Notes under the pieces: generated by a model
Database searches by the model: none
Seen by the model: only the letters and a program-made list of their open reading frames with translations
What the model was told of the DNA's origin: nothing
Shown here: piece by piece, positions 51,201 to 60,568 of the stretch
Numbering within the stretch: the first letter of the stretch is position 1
Layout: the number at the start of each line of letters is the position of its first letter
Position numbers and translations under genes: made by a program
From: a virus
Length of the DNA stretch: 64,000 nucleotides
Strand: one strand, 5' to 3'
Virus record (IMG/VR): IMGVR_UViG_3300040801_001593
Coordinates: 1-64,000 of that record

Positions 51201-51583
51201 TTGACTGGGGACAAACTGCAAGTAAACAAATTACAGATGCAACTAAAGACCCATTTAGTAATGCTTTCTTTGGGATAGACCCAATATTTGCTCAACATGG
51301 TTTCCAAGGAATAGTCAAGAAACCTACTATGTTCATGACTGGTGAGAATAATAAGCCTGAGTTTGTGAATGTTACTCCTCTATCTGGGCTTAGTGATTAT
51401 GAAGGTGGTATGGCAGGAGGAGGACAAACTGTTATCCAAATAACTGAGAATATTGACTTAAGAGGGGCTTATGGAATATCCTCTCCTCAGGTAGCTGAGA
51501 AGGTATGGAAAGATGTTTGGGCTCCAGCAAGAAGAAGAACAACAAACCGTTTACTTGATATGAGAGGAAAGGTTCAAAGATGA
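45215..51583 (+). CDS. tail tape measure protein (2122 aa)
   Basis: The N-terminal region AAEGLLVLARMGLSVSESMEVLEPAMKLAQ is typical of the TP901-type tape measure core. It also has central hydrophobic segments, very long coiled-coil stretches, and lies after G/G-T. Confidence 0.85.
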   Translation: MAQEILGSGIFEIGFRGNANDVNKFRDSIKQLSSPASQVASSFKNVNTGVQNFNVNIRQAGQATQGFSASLGNFSKEMFFTATAIGAVNVALLALNRSVAETAFGFDRNMTMIKAVTNASASEFEKLGEIARDMGQQTEFGATQAAEGLLVLARMGLSVSESMEVLEPAMKLAQSQQYSMAESTELVISQLRVFGESVEASSKFANVLAATSSKSAADLEKLNLSLSYVGPVANAAGRSFEEVNATLGLMFNAGIRASRAGTSLRFAFANLMNPTKRVEKTIKALGLTVDSLNPNVNSMNDIFVTLAKRLEGVQNKAAIMFELFGKRAAPAMTAVVNEVTRNNDAFQDMQDSITGTNEVQRQFEEQTKSFSGSVKLLSSSWEEVSLQLGDTLLPTMRLVIDSLQNLSEWFKNSGESNKTAIGFLIQTATVATTLAAAFASTAWVVGTIAKAMKGLAVTSGALGAALKGNIATARANKIATQEQLIATTALDAALQKSIRTDLRKQMSKIGIAKSSAKLIASTMAETVATKASGKEKLTAAMSTIKLTAAQYGLTAAEQKQLVATIQNVSGQKSFKAALDASSVSAKGLGTSLKGLTAALGGPIGIITTLATIALPALISSVVKLKAEDEEARRLTLQRVEALNSLKKGLDSVRDSIKSLESDQKNANKSAAEQEAIAKRLANLNVKEADNIREIVKLMPEWIQGYDKVTGQFELNEEAMRKYLVKNQELLKVEEKAAKQNFSSREEELKFYEKELENIREKISLTSETLQQDKEAIGNTKRRLEAERKMAQTLSTIVTPEGEDPSSEAMIQAQEDLSKYNDKIDETGGKLRKLIDAHQSLSEKIERLGGVADSTGDEVINLGQDGSDSADKFSDSLDKLILNLEKLRQKLLDIENQRKREIDVLNTASQFDREMLKITNAGLKEKEGLLASVQEKEKELAALKKEQAQGDNLVSEEDMAKAEKALKSVQDQYTKTARVITEKSKIMGGQLKEKTLKAMKDSTNGIINATEEMQRKIEEFAGLNYSTMVERVQSEKQLKIDAINEEIEGIKKGLSKDESIRKEQIKKIEALEKQKKKIAEDTQQEIYEVALEYEKKRAELELIRLRNMGAGDDTLTQLKIKQLKEYLEKLEAAGKTETDIYAKTKAEMQDIEDSFLDKTLDKWEEWGGVVRSIVKSIAPEFEYLIDILEDTIDLVKGIVSENYAEAAASLVGIVTTIVSKVKQNREDAEKRRIEQIEKLAKYETELVQSTLDLRDAFVTVARDVLSISGSQEGATMNWEDAAEGIIKAASTANEQPVDTTINAVEEMFKLIPKDIAMEIMKGGEAGDKALKDWLQKYFPSDKSIYAGATLIGTKDIQQKSIKDETGINNAQMEALWQTFIESGMVQSNRSGSRATFDYNLDPQFLTAMGTAMTSFYTNRLREQALGGIIDPDSATMSFDELTGTIADSVSKLQEIAVQTDGKGKSPVVTEDFISMVERLFERRMASAENEEDIAKAFSDRFSQLAFVKRTEALWSQLSTTRQIDLQDEFLNMDKNQKDFNKALSDFREGNLATEDNEELKEYAGELQSAAGDIAAAFDSGALTYKEAVSALDKIEANLSKVPKQMRTAIEDSIRSARIDVLSGEQDKKTAGEESLEKVNNLTEEYLSNIDRVKEETDDIINSWYDLIAEKDNITNQFIKESQQLSKESDKRISELESERSAILGTFDFSQTQSIRSNLFQKVSEADKKISDERKSAARELLELETEYEEKIIEITEKMSEWTSEYGSIQKVYETAAERRNAIESEFVTILNEEIDKMRELFGVTMDVMGALSTASGDTAASIIQSGIDSLGDTSDLAKLEEERKQSQKDKVTSSVQDAGSFSVNSDLGTLQPEDFTKLGQQELIDRVKSEWQKVADLIAYNAKQTEEYDKKIKEINKSYKDGLIDINTMLEQKRQAGIDRDYKDIIPQQDIVQQFKDLYTYTYGQWDDSLLASGPKSMVQTSNQNAGGYSIPSAAGLDWGQTASKQITDATKDPFSNAFFGIDPIFAQHGFQGIVKKPTMFMTGENNKPEFVNVTPLSGLSDYEGGMAGGGQTVIQITENIDLRGAYGISSPQVAEKVWKDVWAPARRRTTNRLLDMRGKVQR

Positions 51584-54500
51584 GCAAATTATCTATAAGC
51601 TCTGAAACTATTAAGAAACTAGGTATCACTGGGATAGGTATAGACTCTATTGAGCACCAATTCTTTCTATTCCAGCAGTTTGAACCTAAGATTGTAAATC
51701 ACAAACCTGCAAACAATCCTACAAATTCTGGGATTTATTATGTAGAGGGGGACATAACTGATTTTATATCTGGCTATGATTACTTCTGGGTGAACACAAG
51801 GTCATCAGAAGATGTTAATATCTTTCAAGTGGATAGTGCTACTTATGATTCAGATAATTTATGGACAGAGATTACAGTAACAAATAATGCTTCCTATAAA
51901 ACAAAGCATTTAGATATAGGTTCTAACATTTGTGGAAGAATGGATGCTACAGATTTATTGAAATCTATAGGTTCTTTTGAAAGCACTTTGATGGAAGATG
52001 GTTCAATATCAAATGCAGTAGCTTCTTCTATAAGTTTTGAGATTAATGATGAGGATAGAGTATTCTATGACCGGAATAATAAGACAGGGTACTTTTACCA
52101 AAAGGATGCAATCACAGAAGTAAGGTCAGTACAGAGCTTATCTGATTATGCACCAAAAGGGAATATTCACTCTACATTTGTTAAGGTTAAGAATATTCCA
52201 AAAGCTTGGAAAAGCTCTGACTTTATAAATGGACATGTTGAGTTTATTACAGGAGATGCAGCAGGGGCAAAATCAATAATAACTGGCTCAAATGGATACA
52301 ATCTTAAACTACTTGGATACTATGCTCCTAATTATGTAGCAGATTCAAAGTTCCATTTAGAAGTTAAGAATGGAGATACTGTAAGACTATATAAGTCAGA
52401 ATCATTCTGGTATAAGTTAGATGTTTGGCACAGAAGTCATATTGATGAGAAAGTATCTGTTGCTTTTGGTAAGTTGGACTTAGGAACCATAATGGTCAAT
52501 GATAAGACAAGACTATTTAATATCCAAGGCTTTAATACCATAAAAGACTTATACAATAAAGACATAAGGAATATGACCTTTGAAGGAGGGTCTAATTTAA
52601 GCCGTTTAACAGAGGTTAGACCTTTACTGGTTAATAAACCTACTAGAGGAGATTTCAAGCCTGTACAGCGTGCTGAAGGGGATAATTTACTCAATAGTGT
52701 TAAGGTTATGCAGGTAGCTTTTGATGTACCAGAAGGATGGCACATTTTAGACTATCACCCTTATGGGAATTTATTTAGGTTTGACTTAGGTAGATGGTAC
52801 TCAGTAAGAGATGAAGGTAGTTTTGAGAAGTCTACTGGACAAGTATTCTTAACTGCTTTTGACTATGCAAATAAGTTTCAAAATCCGGCAAAGATGCCTG
52901 CTCATGATGGGATATGGGCAGGTGAAGTTGTAGATTGGACAAATAGCCCTCCATTGTCACCAACATATGGGGATACTTACATAGTGGGCAGTTCTCCTAC
53001 TGGCGATTGGTCAAGACGGGCAAACTATATAGCCACAAGAGGGTATAGCTCTTGGGAGTATATAAAACCTACCTTTGGTCATAGAGCTTATGATGCAACA
53101 GGCACTCAGAGCATAATGTTTAATGGTGAGGAGTGGACTACTGATATTGATGCTGTGAATAATATATTAGTAGAAAGAAACTGGCATGGAAAATGGTGTT
53201 CAATAAAGATAGATGTTGAAGATGTTATAAACATAGGAAGTACTTCTGGTCAATACTTAGGTGCTCAAAATTATCAATTTAAAAAACTTAAAGGATTGCC
53301 AGACACTCCCTATAGAATTTTATTCTATGTTGACTCTGATAGAAGAATATCTAGCCAGACTCCTTTTGCATATTCTTATGATAATGGAGGACTATTTAAT
53401 CCTCATATTGTATTTGACTTTATTCAGGAATGGGACATTAAAGAGGGAGAGCTTTATAGAGATTTGACTTATGAAGTTGGAATGGGAGCTTCTTTTGAGA
53501 GACTTGCTGATTATGAGCCACCTCTTTATTATGCAGGAGGTAGTGCTGAAGTTAGGTCTTTAAGGTGCTATCATCATAAACCATTTAATGGTATAATCCT
53601 TAACTTTGATAATAAAGGATATGATGCTTTAGACCCAACAACTTATGGTTCATTTAGCCATGCTTTGTTTTCAGAGATGATGTTGAAGTTCTCTCAGGGA
53701 GATGGCGAGTTTTCTTCTAATATGAATCTAAGGTATTGGGGAGGGAAGTTATCAACAGTAACAGACTCTGCTAACTTTACAATTCAAGGAACTAACATTT
53801 CTGAATCTTGGGATGAAAATTGTACTAAAATGGCAGGCATGAGATTGGTCATTTCTTCTAATGATGGATTCCTTGAAACCAGAAAGATAAAATCAGTAAC
53901 ACAAGATGGTACTAGATTGGATAAGGCAATCATAGAATTAGAAGAGGGTTTCAGTGTAACTCCAACAACTGATACAACAGTATCTGTAATAAATAAAAAC
54001 TTTGATTTAAAAGTGTATGACCTTGGACAAAGTTTTAAGGATGGTTTAAGACCTGATATTTGTGCATATAAAAGGACAAGGAATGGAGAAGAGTTTAGGG
54101 ACTTTATCTATCACTCTTATGACTCCATAGAAGGTCTAAGTGGTCAAATACAACCTCTTGATGAAATATACTTTGGATACCGTTCTAAGTTTGATTCTGT
54201 TATGGTAGCTATTACTGGTGATGTAACAGGGGTTTATGATGACTATGCTAACCAAGGTTGGTACCAAAGAGAGATGAAGTTTGTGGTAGAGTATTGGGAT
54301 GGATATAATTGGAAAACAAGTAATAACATATCAGTAATACCTACCACTCAAAATCCTATTAGAGATTATTCTGGAACATCTGATACATCTGATGATTACA
54401 TAAAGTATAAAATATCTTTTGAAGCAGAAGATTGGAACACTGGAGGTTATGACCACACTAATTGGACAAATGCTCAACTTACAGCAGCGCCAAGCAATAT

Positions 54501-57500
54501 AGATGAAGATGAAGTATATTGTATAAGGATAAGAGTTCTTACAGGTATTGCTCCATTTATCCAAAACCTATCTTTATGTAGAGAAGATGACTTGAATGTA
54601 TGCTTGTTATGGGAAGACTTTGAGAGTTGGTACCCAAACTTAGTATCTCAACCTGAGAACTTAGTAAGGGCTGATTCTTTGAACATAGAAGATATGGCAC
54701 TGCCTCTATTTGGTGTAGAACTTTATTGGTCACCTGATGAGAATACTACTGCTAAGAGTAGCACAGGAATATTGAAGATGGCTAGACCTGTAACAAGGTT
54801 GCAAGGTTCTTTAGAAGATAGTCTATTCATTGGGATTGACTACAACAATATAAATCCTGACAATACTGTTGATGCAATTGTAACCAATACTAATACAGAT
54901 AAGGGCTTTTCTATTATACCCAGAAACTTTAATCTGTTGCATATGACAGAAAAGATTTTGGACACAGCAGGTTTTAAGCAAAACAAGCAATTGCTATCTT
55001 TTAGAGATAGTTACAATAAAGCAGAAAAGGACATTCCATCTATAATTGGTAGTGATTATGATGGGGTATATCCTTTTGATGTAGGATGGGATGCAGCTTT
55101 GCAACCAGAGACTTTTACAGATTACATGCAAGACCTACCTGCTAATGCTTTAGACATTTGTATTAGAAGAGTTGATGATATGTGGTACTGTTGGGTCTTA
55201 GAATCTGACCAACAAACTATATCACTATATCAATCTTATGATTTGAAAACTTGGGAGTTTTGGTATAATGATATTGTAGATAATATTGGTACTAAGCTTA
55301 TAACTGCCATTGATGTAATATATAATAGACCAAATTCAGGATTCCTTTTTTATGTTACTTATAAAACATCTGCTTCAGGTAGTTATAGAGTATCTGTGTA
55401 TCACAGCAGTGTTGGAAATTACTGGGATGCAAACTCTGCTACTGAAATAATAGTAGATGCTTCTAACCATTATGGCAAAGTAACTGCTGTGCAGTTAGAA
55501 GGAGACATGAATGCATCTTCTGGTTGTGCAAGGTTGCTATGGGTAGAGAAATTTTCTGGAACAGGAGAGTCTGGTGGTAAGCCAACAGGAACTCCAAGCA
55601 TACTTCTATACTCTAATGCAGATGCTGCTCACACTGGAACTTGGACTTTAAGAGATACAAAAGCAGGATATAGAAATCCTATATTTGTCAAAGCTTTCTA
55701 TACCACAACTTCAGTAGCTCCATTTAACTTAGCTACAGCTCCTGCCACCTCATCTATAATAGTTGCAGAGAAGGAATCTGATTCTAATCTTTACAGGCTG
55801 TCTGGTAATTTACCTTTGACTTCTGCTTGGTCAGATGGGGTATTAATATCTGGAGGGGCTAATCCTTTAGCAAGCTTGACATTTATTTGTGATAGTGTGA
55901 ACTATAATCTTAGGAACCAGACCGGAGAAACCGCCACTGCTCTAATCCCTGCAACTGATGAAGTAGGTCTTGTTGGAGGAATAGATAGTAATGGAGATAT
56001 AAAAGTATTATCTTTGAACTCAGATATTAATGACTGGGATGCAAATGGTTACTTTAAGAATCAGCTCATTGAGCACAACTCTCTTGATTGGTTTAGGTCT
56101 TATAAGAATAGTATAACATTTGATAGGAAGAATGGAGACCAAGATAACCGCACAAAAATGTACTTTGGATTTAGAAAGCCTTTTGGTAAGATGGACAGCA
56201 TACCTCAAACCAGTTCTCAATACCATAAGCTTTTACAGTTAAGGTATTGGAATGGCAATGAGTGGAACATAGTACCTAATATATATCAAAATAATAGGGT
56301 AAGGACTGATGGTAAGTTCCACCCAAATTATGGGTTATCTTTTGAGAAGCCTTTAGATTGGTCTGCTGATATTTTCCTTAATGTGGTAGAGGGAGATATA
56401 GACATATCTCAGAACATAAATGCCTTATACTGGGTAGAGGTATCATTAGGGGATTATGCAGCTGATACAGACACTGTAGCAATCCGTAGAATAGCAAACT
56501 GCTTCACTTCTCTATTCCTTACTAAAGGTAGAAGTATCTACTACATGGAAGATTGGGACTATGTAAGGTCTATATGGACTTATCCTTTTGAGACTGATAA
56601 GAAAATTAAGATTGATAGTGTTTCAGGGGATTATGAAAGTAAATTAATATTTGCTAATATTGTTGATGAAAACCCTTACTTTACAGACCCAACCCAAACT
56701 GTTGTATTTGATATGTTTGGGAAGTTTAAAGATACTTACCCATTATGGCTAGATCCAATGAATGATGAAAGCAACAGTAATCAATACCAAATGAGAGCTG
56801 ATGAACCAACTAATATTTACAGGTTTGGTTATGACCACGAATGGGATATAACATCTCCTGCTAAAACAGTGAACTCTTATGCTATAGGTACTTGGACAGA
56901 AGAGTTTATGCAATTCCTTTATGATGGGGGAACTCATAGTGTTGGAAATGGAAAGGATAGTGTTGGTTGGAATATACCTGTACCTTTTGAGCAGAAACTT
57001 AGGAAGAAAACTTATAGAGGATTAGGTTGGATAAACCCATTTTCATCTACATCTTGGAACCCAAACTTTTCTAATAATGTAATAATATCAAGGAGAGGGT
57101 CTTTAGAAGATTACCCAGTTGATACTTACCAATACAATGACAATGTATCAAAATTAGTAGCTTCTATAAGTAACTGTGGTTTGCTTCATGAAGAGCTGAT
57201 AAATTCTCCTTATGTAAGTGTAACACCAGGTTGGTATGCTGCTTTGGAGAAATCCTTCTTAGTAAGGTCACAGCAATTTGATGTTTATGTAAAAGACTAT
57301 TATAGTGGGGCTGCAACTCCTAACACTGGAGATGTATATTTGTATAATTCTGGGTATGAAATATATTCCTTAGTATATTGGGATGGATCTACTTGGCAAA
57401 CAAGACCTCAAGAAGCTGGCACTATAATCTATAATGCTATAGAAGCTGAGTATTGGATATGGTCAGGTAATAATTGGATTAACCTTGATAGTGATGTAGT

Positions 57501-58908
57501 TTGGCCTGGAAGAGAATCTTCCAATCAGGTACACGGAATAGGTTTAGAGTGGTCAATGGGTGCAGAAGGGGTGAACTTAAGCCAATTCAGACCATACAAC
57601 TTAAGACCTTCTATTTACAAGAATGGGAATGTGCTTCCTGAATTTGATTATAAGATTTCTGCAGCAAATAGAAATATGAGGTTGTCTCCAGGTTCAGATG
57701 TATTGATGGGTCATAATAGTTATGCAAACTATATAACTTTGCCTCAGGAAATTAAGGTAACTTGTGCAGCAGAGATGAGAGACCTTTCTGCTATGAAAGA
57801 CTCTCCTCAGAGCACTGATGCTAAAAGGATTCAGGAGTCTAGCCAATTAGGAGCAGTATATGGTATGTTTGCCTTTAATGATTTAGATTACGCTAACGGC
57901 TCTATTCCAGATAGACTCAATACAGAAGGAGGAGGTGACAAAGTTGAACCTTTAGGGATGTCAGCTATAAGTATCCACAAACCTTTTAGTAAAGTAAGAG
58001 ATTGGAAGAAAGCATGGCACTATGATTGGCTCACTGGTACTTACTCTGACATTACTGATGCTATGAATTATAGAACTTTACAGAACAACTATGAACTTAA
58101 TAGTAATGGTAGTTATATATACCTTTGTATGGATACAAGATTCTTTGCATTGACTTACGGGAAGTCAGACGACCTAGATAGAAGTGATTTATACACTCAA
58201 TACTATAGTGCAAATACTGGTTGGGAATATATGAGTTATGGCACTAATCCAAATTGGCAAAGTTTACCTGATGAAACAGAGAGCCAAGTAAATTTTGATA
58301 AGTGGTCAAGGAAAACTTGTGGTTATAACACAGTATGGAACCCATTCCTAAAAGATTGGACTAAGTCAACTATAAATGGAGTGAACGGGTATTGGGTTAG
58401 AATAAGGTATGACTCTGCCAGTACTGCTCTTATTAGCTGGGTAACTTGCTCTGGTATGCATGTTTGGGATAATATGAGATGGTGGCAGGATTACTCAATA
58501 ATATCAGATACTATGCCCTCATCTCCATCTACCCAAGAAGACTATGCATTCTTTGATTCTTGGTTCCCAATATCTGTTGAGTATGATGAATCAAGAAATA
58601 GAATTTCTGGATGCTTCTGGAACTTTGCTGCTTCTGTTAATAGATATTATCCTTTCACTATACAATTTGATAGGAGTGAAATCAAGGGAGGTACTTATGA
58701 CAACTGGAGTTGGGAATTAGACAGAATGGAAATCATTGATAGAGAGGGGTTAGATTATTCTAATAAAATACAAAGTATCAAAAACACTTCTCCTGTTGAT
58801 AATAAGGCTTTGTTGATACAAGAAGCCAAAGCAGACTCTACGCCTGTTATGGCTAGTATAAAGAACTTTCACAATGGTGACTTACTATTTGCTAATGATA
58901 TAGATTAG
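51580..58908 (+). CDS. giant distal tail/baseplate protein (2442 aa)
   Basis: ATGA overlap with the tape measure stop. Uninterrupted ORF. Aromatic/Asn/Asp-rich, beta-type composition. It occupies the Dit/Tal position. Confidence 0.7.
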   Translation: MSKLSISSETIKKLGITGIGIDSIEHQFFLFQQFEPKIVNHKPANNPTNSGIYYVEGDITDFISGYDYFWVNTRSSEDVNIFQVDSATYDSDNLWTEITVTNNASYKTKHLDIGSNICGRMDATDLLKSIGSFESTLMEDGSISNAVASSISFEINDEDRVFYDRNNKTGYFYQKDAITEVRSVQSLSDYAPKGNIHSTFVKVKNIPKAWKSSDFINGHVEFITGDAAGAKSIITGSNGYNLKLLGYYAPNYVADSKFHLEVKNGDTVRLYKSESFWYKLDVWHRSHIDEKVSVAFGKLDLGTIMVNDKTRLFNIQGFNTIKDLYNKDIRNMTFEGGSNLSRLTEVRPLLVNKPTRGDFKPVQRAEGDNLLNSVKVMQVAFDVPEGWHILDYHPYGNLFRFDLGRWYSVRDEGSFEKSTGQVFLTAFDYANKFQNPAKMPAHDGIWAGEVVDWTNSPPLSPTYGDTYIVGSSPTGDWSRRANYIATRGYSSWEYIKPTFGHRAYDATGTQSIMFNGEEWTTDIDAVNNILVERNWHGKWCSIKIDVEDVINIGSTSGQYLGAQNYQFKKLKGLPDTPYRILFYVDSDRRISSQTPFAYSYDNGGLFNPHIVFDFIQEWDIKEGELYRDLTYEVGMGASFERLADYEPPLYYAGGSAEVRSLRCYHHKPFNGIILNFDNKGYDALDPTTYGSFSHALFSEMMLKFSQGDGEFSSNMNLRYWGGKLSTVTDSANFTIQGTNISESWDENCTKMAGMRLVISSNDGFLETRKIKSVTQDGTRLDKAIIELEEGFSVTPTTDTTVSVINKNFDLKVYDLGQSFKDGLRPDICAYKRTRNGEEFRDFIYHSYDSIEGLSGQIQPLDEIYFGYRSKFDSVMVAITGDVTGVYDDYANQGWYQREMKFVVEYWDGYNWKTSNNISVIPTTQNPIRDYSGTSDTSDDYIKYKISFEAEDWNTGGYDHTNWTNAQLTAAPSNIDEDEVYCIRIRVLTGIAPFIQNLSLCREDDLNVCLLWEDFESWYPNLVSQPENLVRADSLNIEDMALPLFGVELYWSPDENTTAKSSTGILKMARPVTRLQGSLEDSLFIGIDYNNINPDNTVDAIVTNTNTDKGFSIIPRNFNLLHMTEKILDTAGFKQNKQLLSFRDSYNKAEKDIPSIIGSDYDGVYPFDVGWDAALQPETFTDYMQDLPANALDICIRRVDDMWYCWVLESDQQTISLYQSYDLKTWEFWYNDIVDNIGTKLITAIDVIYNRPNSGFLFYVTYKTSASGSYRVSVYHSSVGNYWDANSATEIIVDASNHYGKVTAVQLEGDMNASSGCARLLWVEKFSGTGESGGKPTGTPSILLYSNADAAHTGTWTLRDTKAGYRNPIFVKAFYTTTSVAPFNLATAPATSSIIVAEKESDSNLYRLSGNLPLTSAWSDGVLISGGANPLASLTFICDSVNYNLRNQTGETATALIPATDEVGLVGGIDSNGDIKVLSLNSDINDWDANGYFKNQLIEHNSLDWFRSYKNSITFDRKNGDQDNRTKMYFGFRKPFGKMDSIPQTSSQYHKLLQLRYWNGNEWNIVPNIYQNNRVRTDGKFHPNYGLSFEKPLDWSADIFLNVVEGDIDISQNINALYWVEVSLGDYAADTDTVAIRRIANCFTSLFLTKGRSIYYMEDWDYVRSIWTYPFETDKKIKIDSVSGDYESKLIFANIVDENPYFTDPTQTVVFDMFGKFKDTYPLWLDPMNDESNSNQYQMRADEPTNIYRFGYDHEWDITSPAKTVNSYAIGTWTEEFMQFLYDGGTHSVGNGKDSVGWNIPVPFEQKLRKKTYRGLGWINPFSSTSWNPNFSNNVIISRRGSLEDYPVDTYQYNDNVSKLVASISNCGLLHEELINSPYVSVTPGWYAALEKSFLVRSQQFDVYVKDYYSGAATPNTGDVYLYNSGYEIYSLVYWDGSTWQTRPQEAGTIIYNAIEAEYWIWSGNNWINLDSDVVWPGRESSNQVHGIGLEWSMGAEGVNLSQFRPYNLRPSIYKNGNVLPEFDYKISAANRNMRLSPGSDVLMGHNSYANYITLPQEIKVTCAAEMRDLSAMKDSPQSTDAKRIQESSQLGAVYGMFAFNDLDYANGSIPDRLNTEGGGDKVEPLGMSAISIHKPFSKVRDWKKAWHYDWLTGTYSDITDAMNYRTLQNNYELNSNGSYIYLCMDTRFFALTYGKSDDLDRSDLYTQYYSANTGWEYMSYGTNPNWQSLPDETESQVNFDKWSRKTCGYNTVWNPFLKDWTKSTINGVNGYWVRIRYDSASTALISWVTCSGMHVWDNMRWWQDYSIISDTMPSSPSTQEDYAFFDSWFPISVEYDESRNRISGCFWNFAASVNRYYPFTIQFDRSEIKGGTYDNWSWELDRMEIIDREGLDYSNKIQSIKNTSPVDNKALLIQEAKADSTPVMASIKNFHNGDLLFANDID

Positions 58909-58917
58909 GAGACTGAT

Positions 58918-60513
58918 ATGGAAAAACTATACCAATTCAAAGATATTATTTTTGGGTATACTAATGATGGTACAGATAGGGCTATAACTAAACATCAAGA
59001 TGGGAATAGTTATATAAGCTATCCAAATGCTTCCTTTGCAAATGATGAAAGGGTAACTTGTTTCTTATCTTTTGAAGGTAAACTCCATGCATTAATAACT
59101 GATGATACTGATACTGGTAGATTACTAAGGTTAGATGTTTTAAAAACAGGAGAAGCTGACACATGGACAGAGATATGCTCTATTGCTGACTTAGATTCTC
59201 CCCCTGCTTTGATGGAATACTTAGAGGATAGTATATTCATATTCTCCACTTCTGAAGTTTGGGAGTGGGATGGTACAAGTCTAACTTCTAAAACTACATC
59301 TTTGCCAACCCAACTTACTTCCATATATTCTTCCACTTACTTTCAAGATAAAATAATTTTATTGGGAGAAGGGGCAGCAAGTAATCACTTAGTAAGTTAT
59401 GATGGTAATACTACTTTTGAAACATTAGCAGATAACAACTCTGCAATAGACTTCCCTACAGGTTTCCAACCTATAGGTAAAAACTTAATGCAAGAGTACA
59501 AAGGAGTCATATACTGGCTAGAAAAAGCATCAAGCTTTCACTTCTTGTGCTCTTATGATATAAGTGATGGTCTACAAGAGAGCTTTTTATTAAACATAGG
59601 CTCTTATCTTCCCACATCAGTATTAGTAGATAGAGGCATAGTTTATATAGGGGTCTATAACAATACCACATCTCGCTCTAACATTACAACTTATGTACCT
59701 GTACCTTTTGAAAAGGAGCAACCTTTAGTATCAGGAGAGGGAAGGATTTGGCAAGGGCTTAAGAAGGTTACTAGTGACCCTGTATTCCTTGTATCTGAGC
59801 CTAAGTTAGGTAAGGTTAGCTATTTTAAGGAGTACCCTGTATTAGCTGTTTTAAGGGGCAAATTAAACCCTGTTATTAAGTATGCTAAGAGATTAGAGTT
59901 CTATTCTGATATCAATGATGTATCCGCACTTGCAGGGGTTACATTAAAGGATATGATTGATATGCTCAACTCTCCTGCAAATAACTTCCTACAAGTAGAT
60001 GCTAACAATACTGCTAAAATATTCCCAAGAGATTTAGTTGGGTATTCTAACAAAGATTTGGAGTTTGCTAGTAGTAGTGATTATGGAGACCAGATAATAA
60101 ATGAAGTTATTAATGTAGAATCTTACCAGCACAACTTTAGAAAGATTGTAGTAAATTGGTCAAATACAAAGTGGCAAAATAATACTTCTGTTGCAGTTGG
60201 TGCAGTTGAAATAGGAGATGCAGCTGTGTATGAGGAGAACTCAATATTTGTTAATGACCCAATATTGGCAAAATCTATAGGACTTTACTTATTAGACAAT
60301 ATGGATGTTTCAGAAGCTATGTCTATTCAACTATCCTATGCTTATTTTATGGAAGGTGGAGAGAATGTATCATTTGATGTTACTGATGATGTAATAGAAA
60401 TAGATAAGGATAGAGAGTGGAAAGTCATAGGGGTGGTAAATAGCAAAGAAGAGATGACCACTACTTTATTTGTCTTAGAAAGAAGTTTATTAGAAGAAAG
60501 AGAGACAGCTTAG
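58918..60513 (+). CDS. tail protein (N-terminal beta-propeller-like)
   Basis: TAGGAG RBS. 531 aa. Kelch-like periodicity: GKLHALI...WEWDG...LVSYDG. Confidence 0.55.
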   Translation: MEKLYQFKDIIFGYTNDGTDRAITKHQDGNSYISYPNASFANDERVTCFLSFEGKLHALITDDTDTGRLLRLDVLKTGEADTWTEICSIADLDSPPALMEYLEDSIFIFSTSEVWEWDGTSLTSKTTSLPTQLTSIYSSTYFQDKIILLGEGAASNHLVSYDGNTTFETLADNNSAIDFPTGFQPIGKNLMQEYKGVIYWLEKASSFHFLCSYDISDGLQESFLLNIGSYLPTSVLVDRGIVYIGVYNNTTSRSNITTYVPVPFEKEQPLVSGEGRIWQGLKKVTSDPVFLVSEPKLGKVSYFKEYPVLAVLRGKLNPVIKYAKRLEFYSDINDVSALAGVTLKDMIDMLNSPANNFLQVDANNTAKIFPRDLVGYSNKDLEFASSSDYGDQIINEVINVESYQHNFRKIVVNWSNTKWQNNTSVAVGAVEIGDAAVYEENSIFVNDPILAKSIGLYLLDNMDVSEAMSIQLSYAYFMEGGENVSFDVTDDVIEIDKDREWKVIGVVNSKEEMTTTLFVLERSLLEERETA

Positions 60514-60568
60514 TTTTTATTCAGGGGTGAATATATTATATTAAGTAATAACTAAAGGAAAGAAATAA

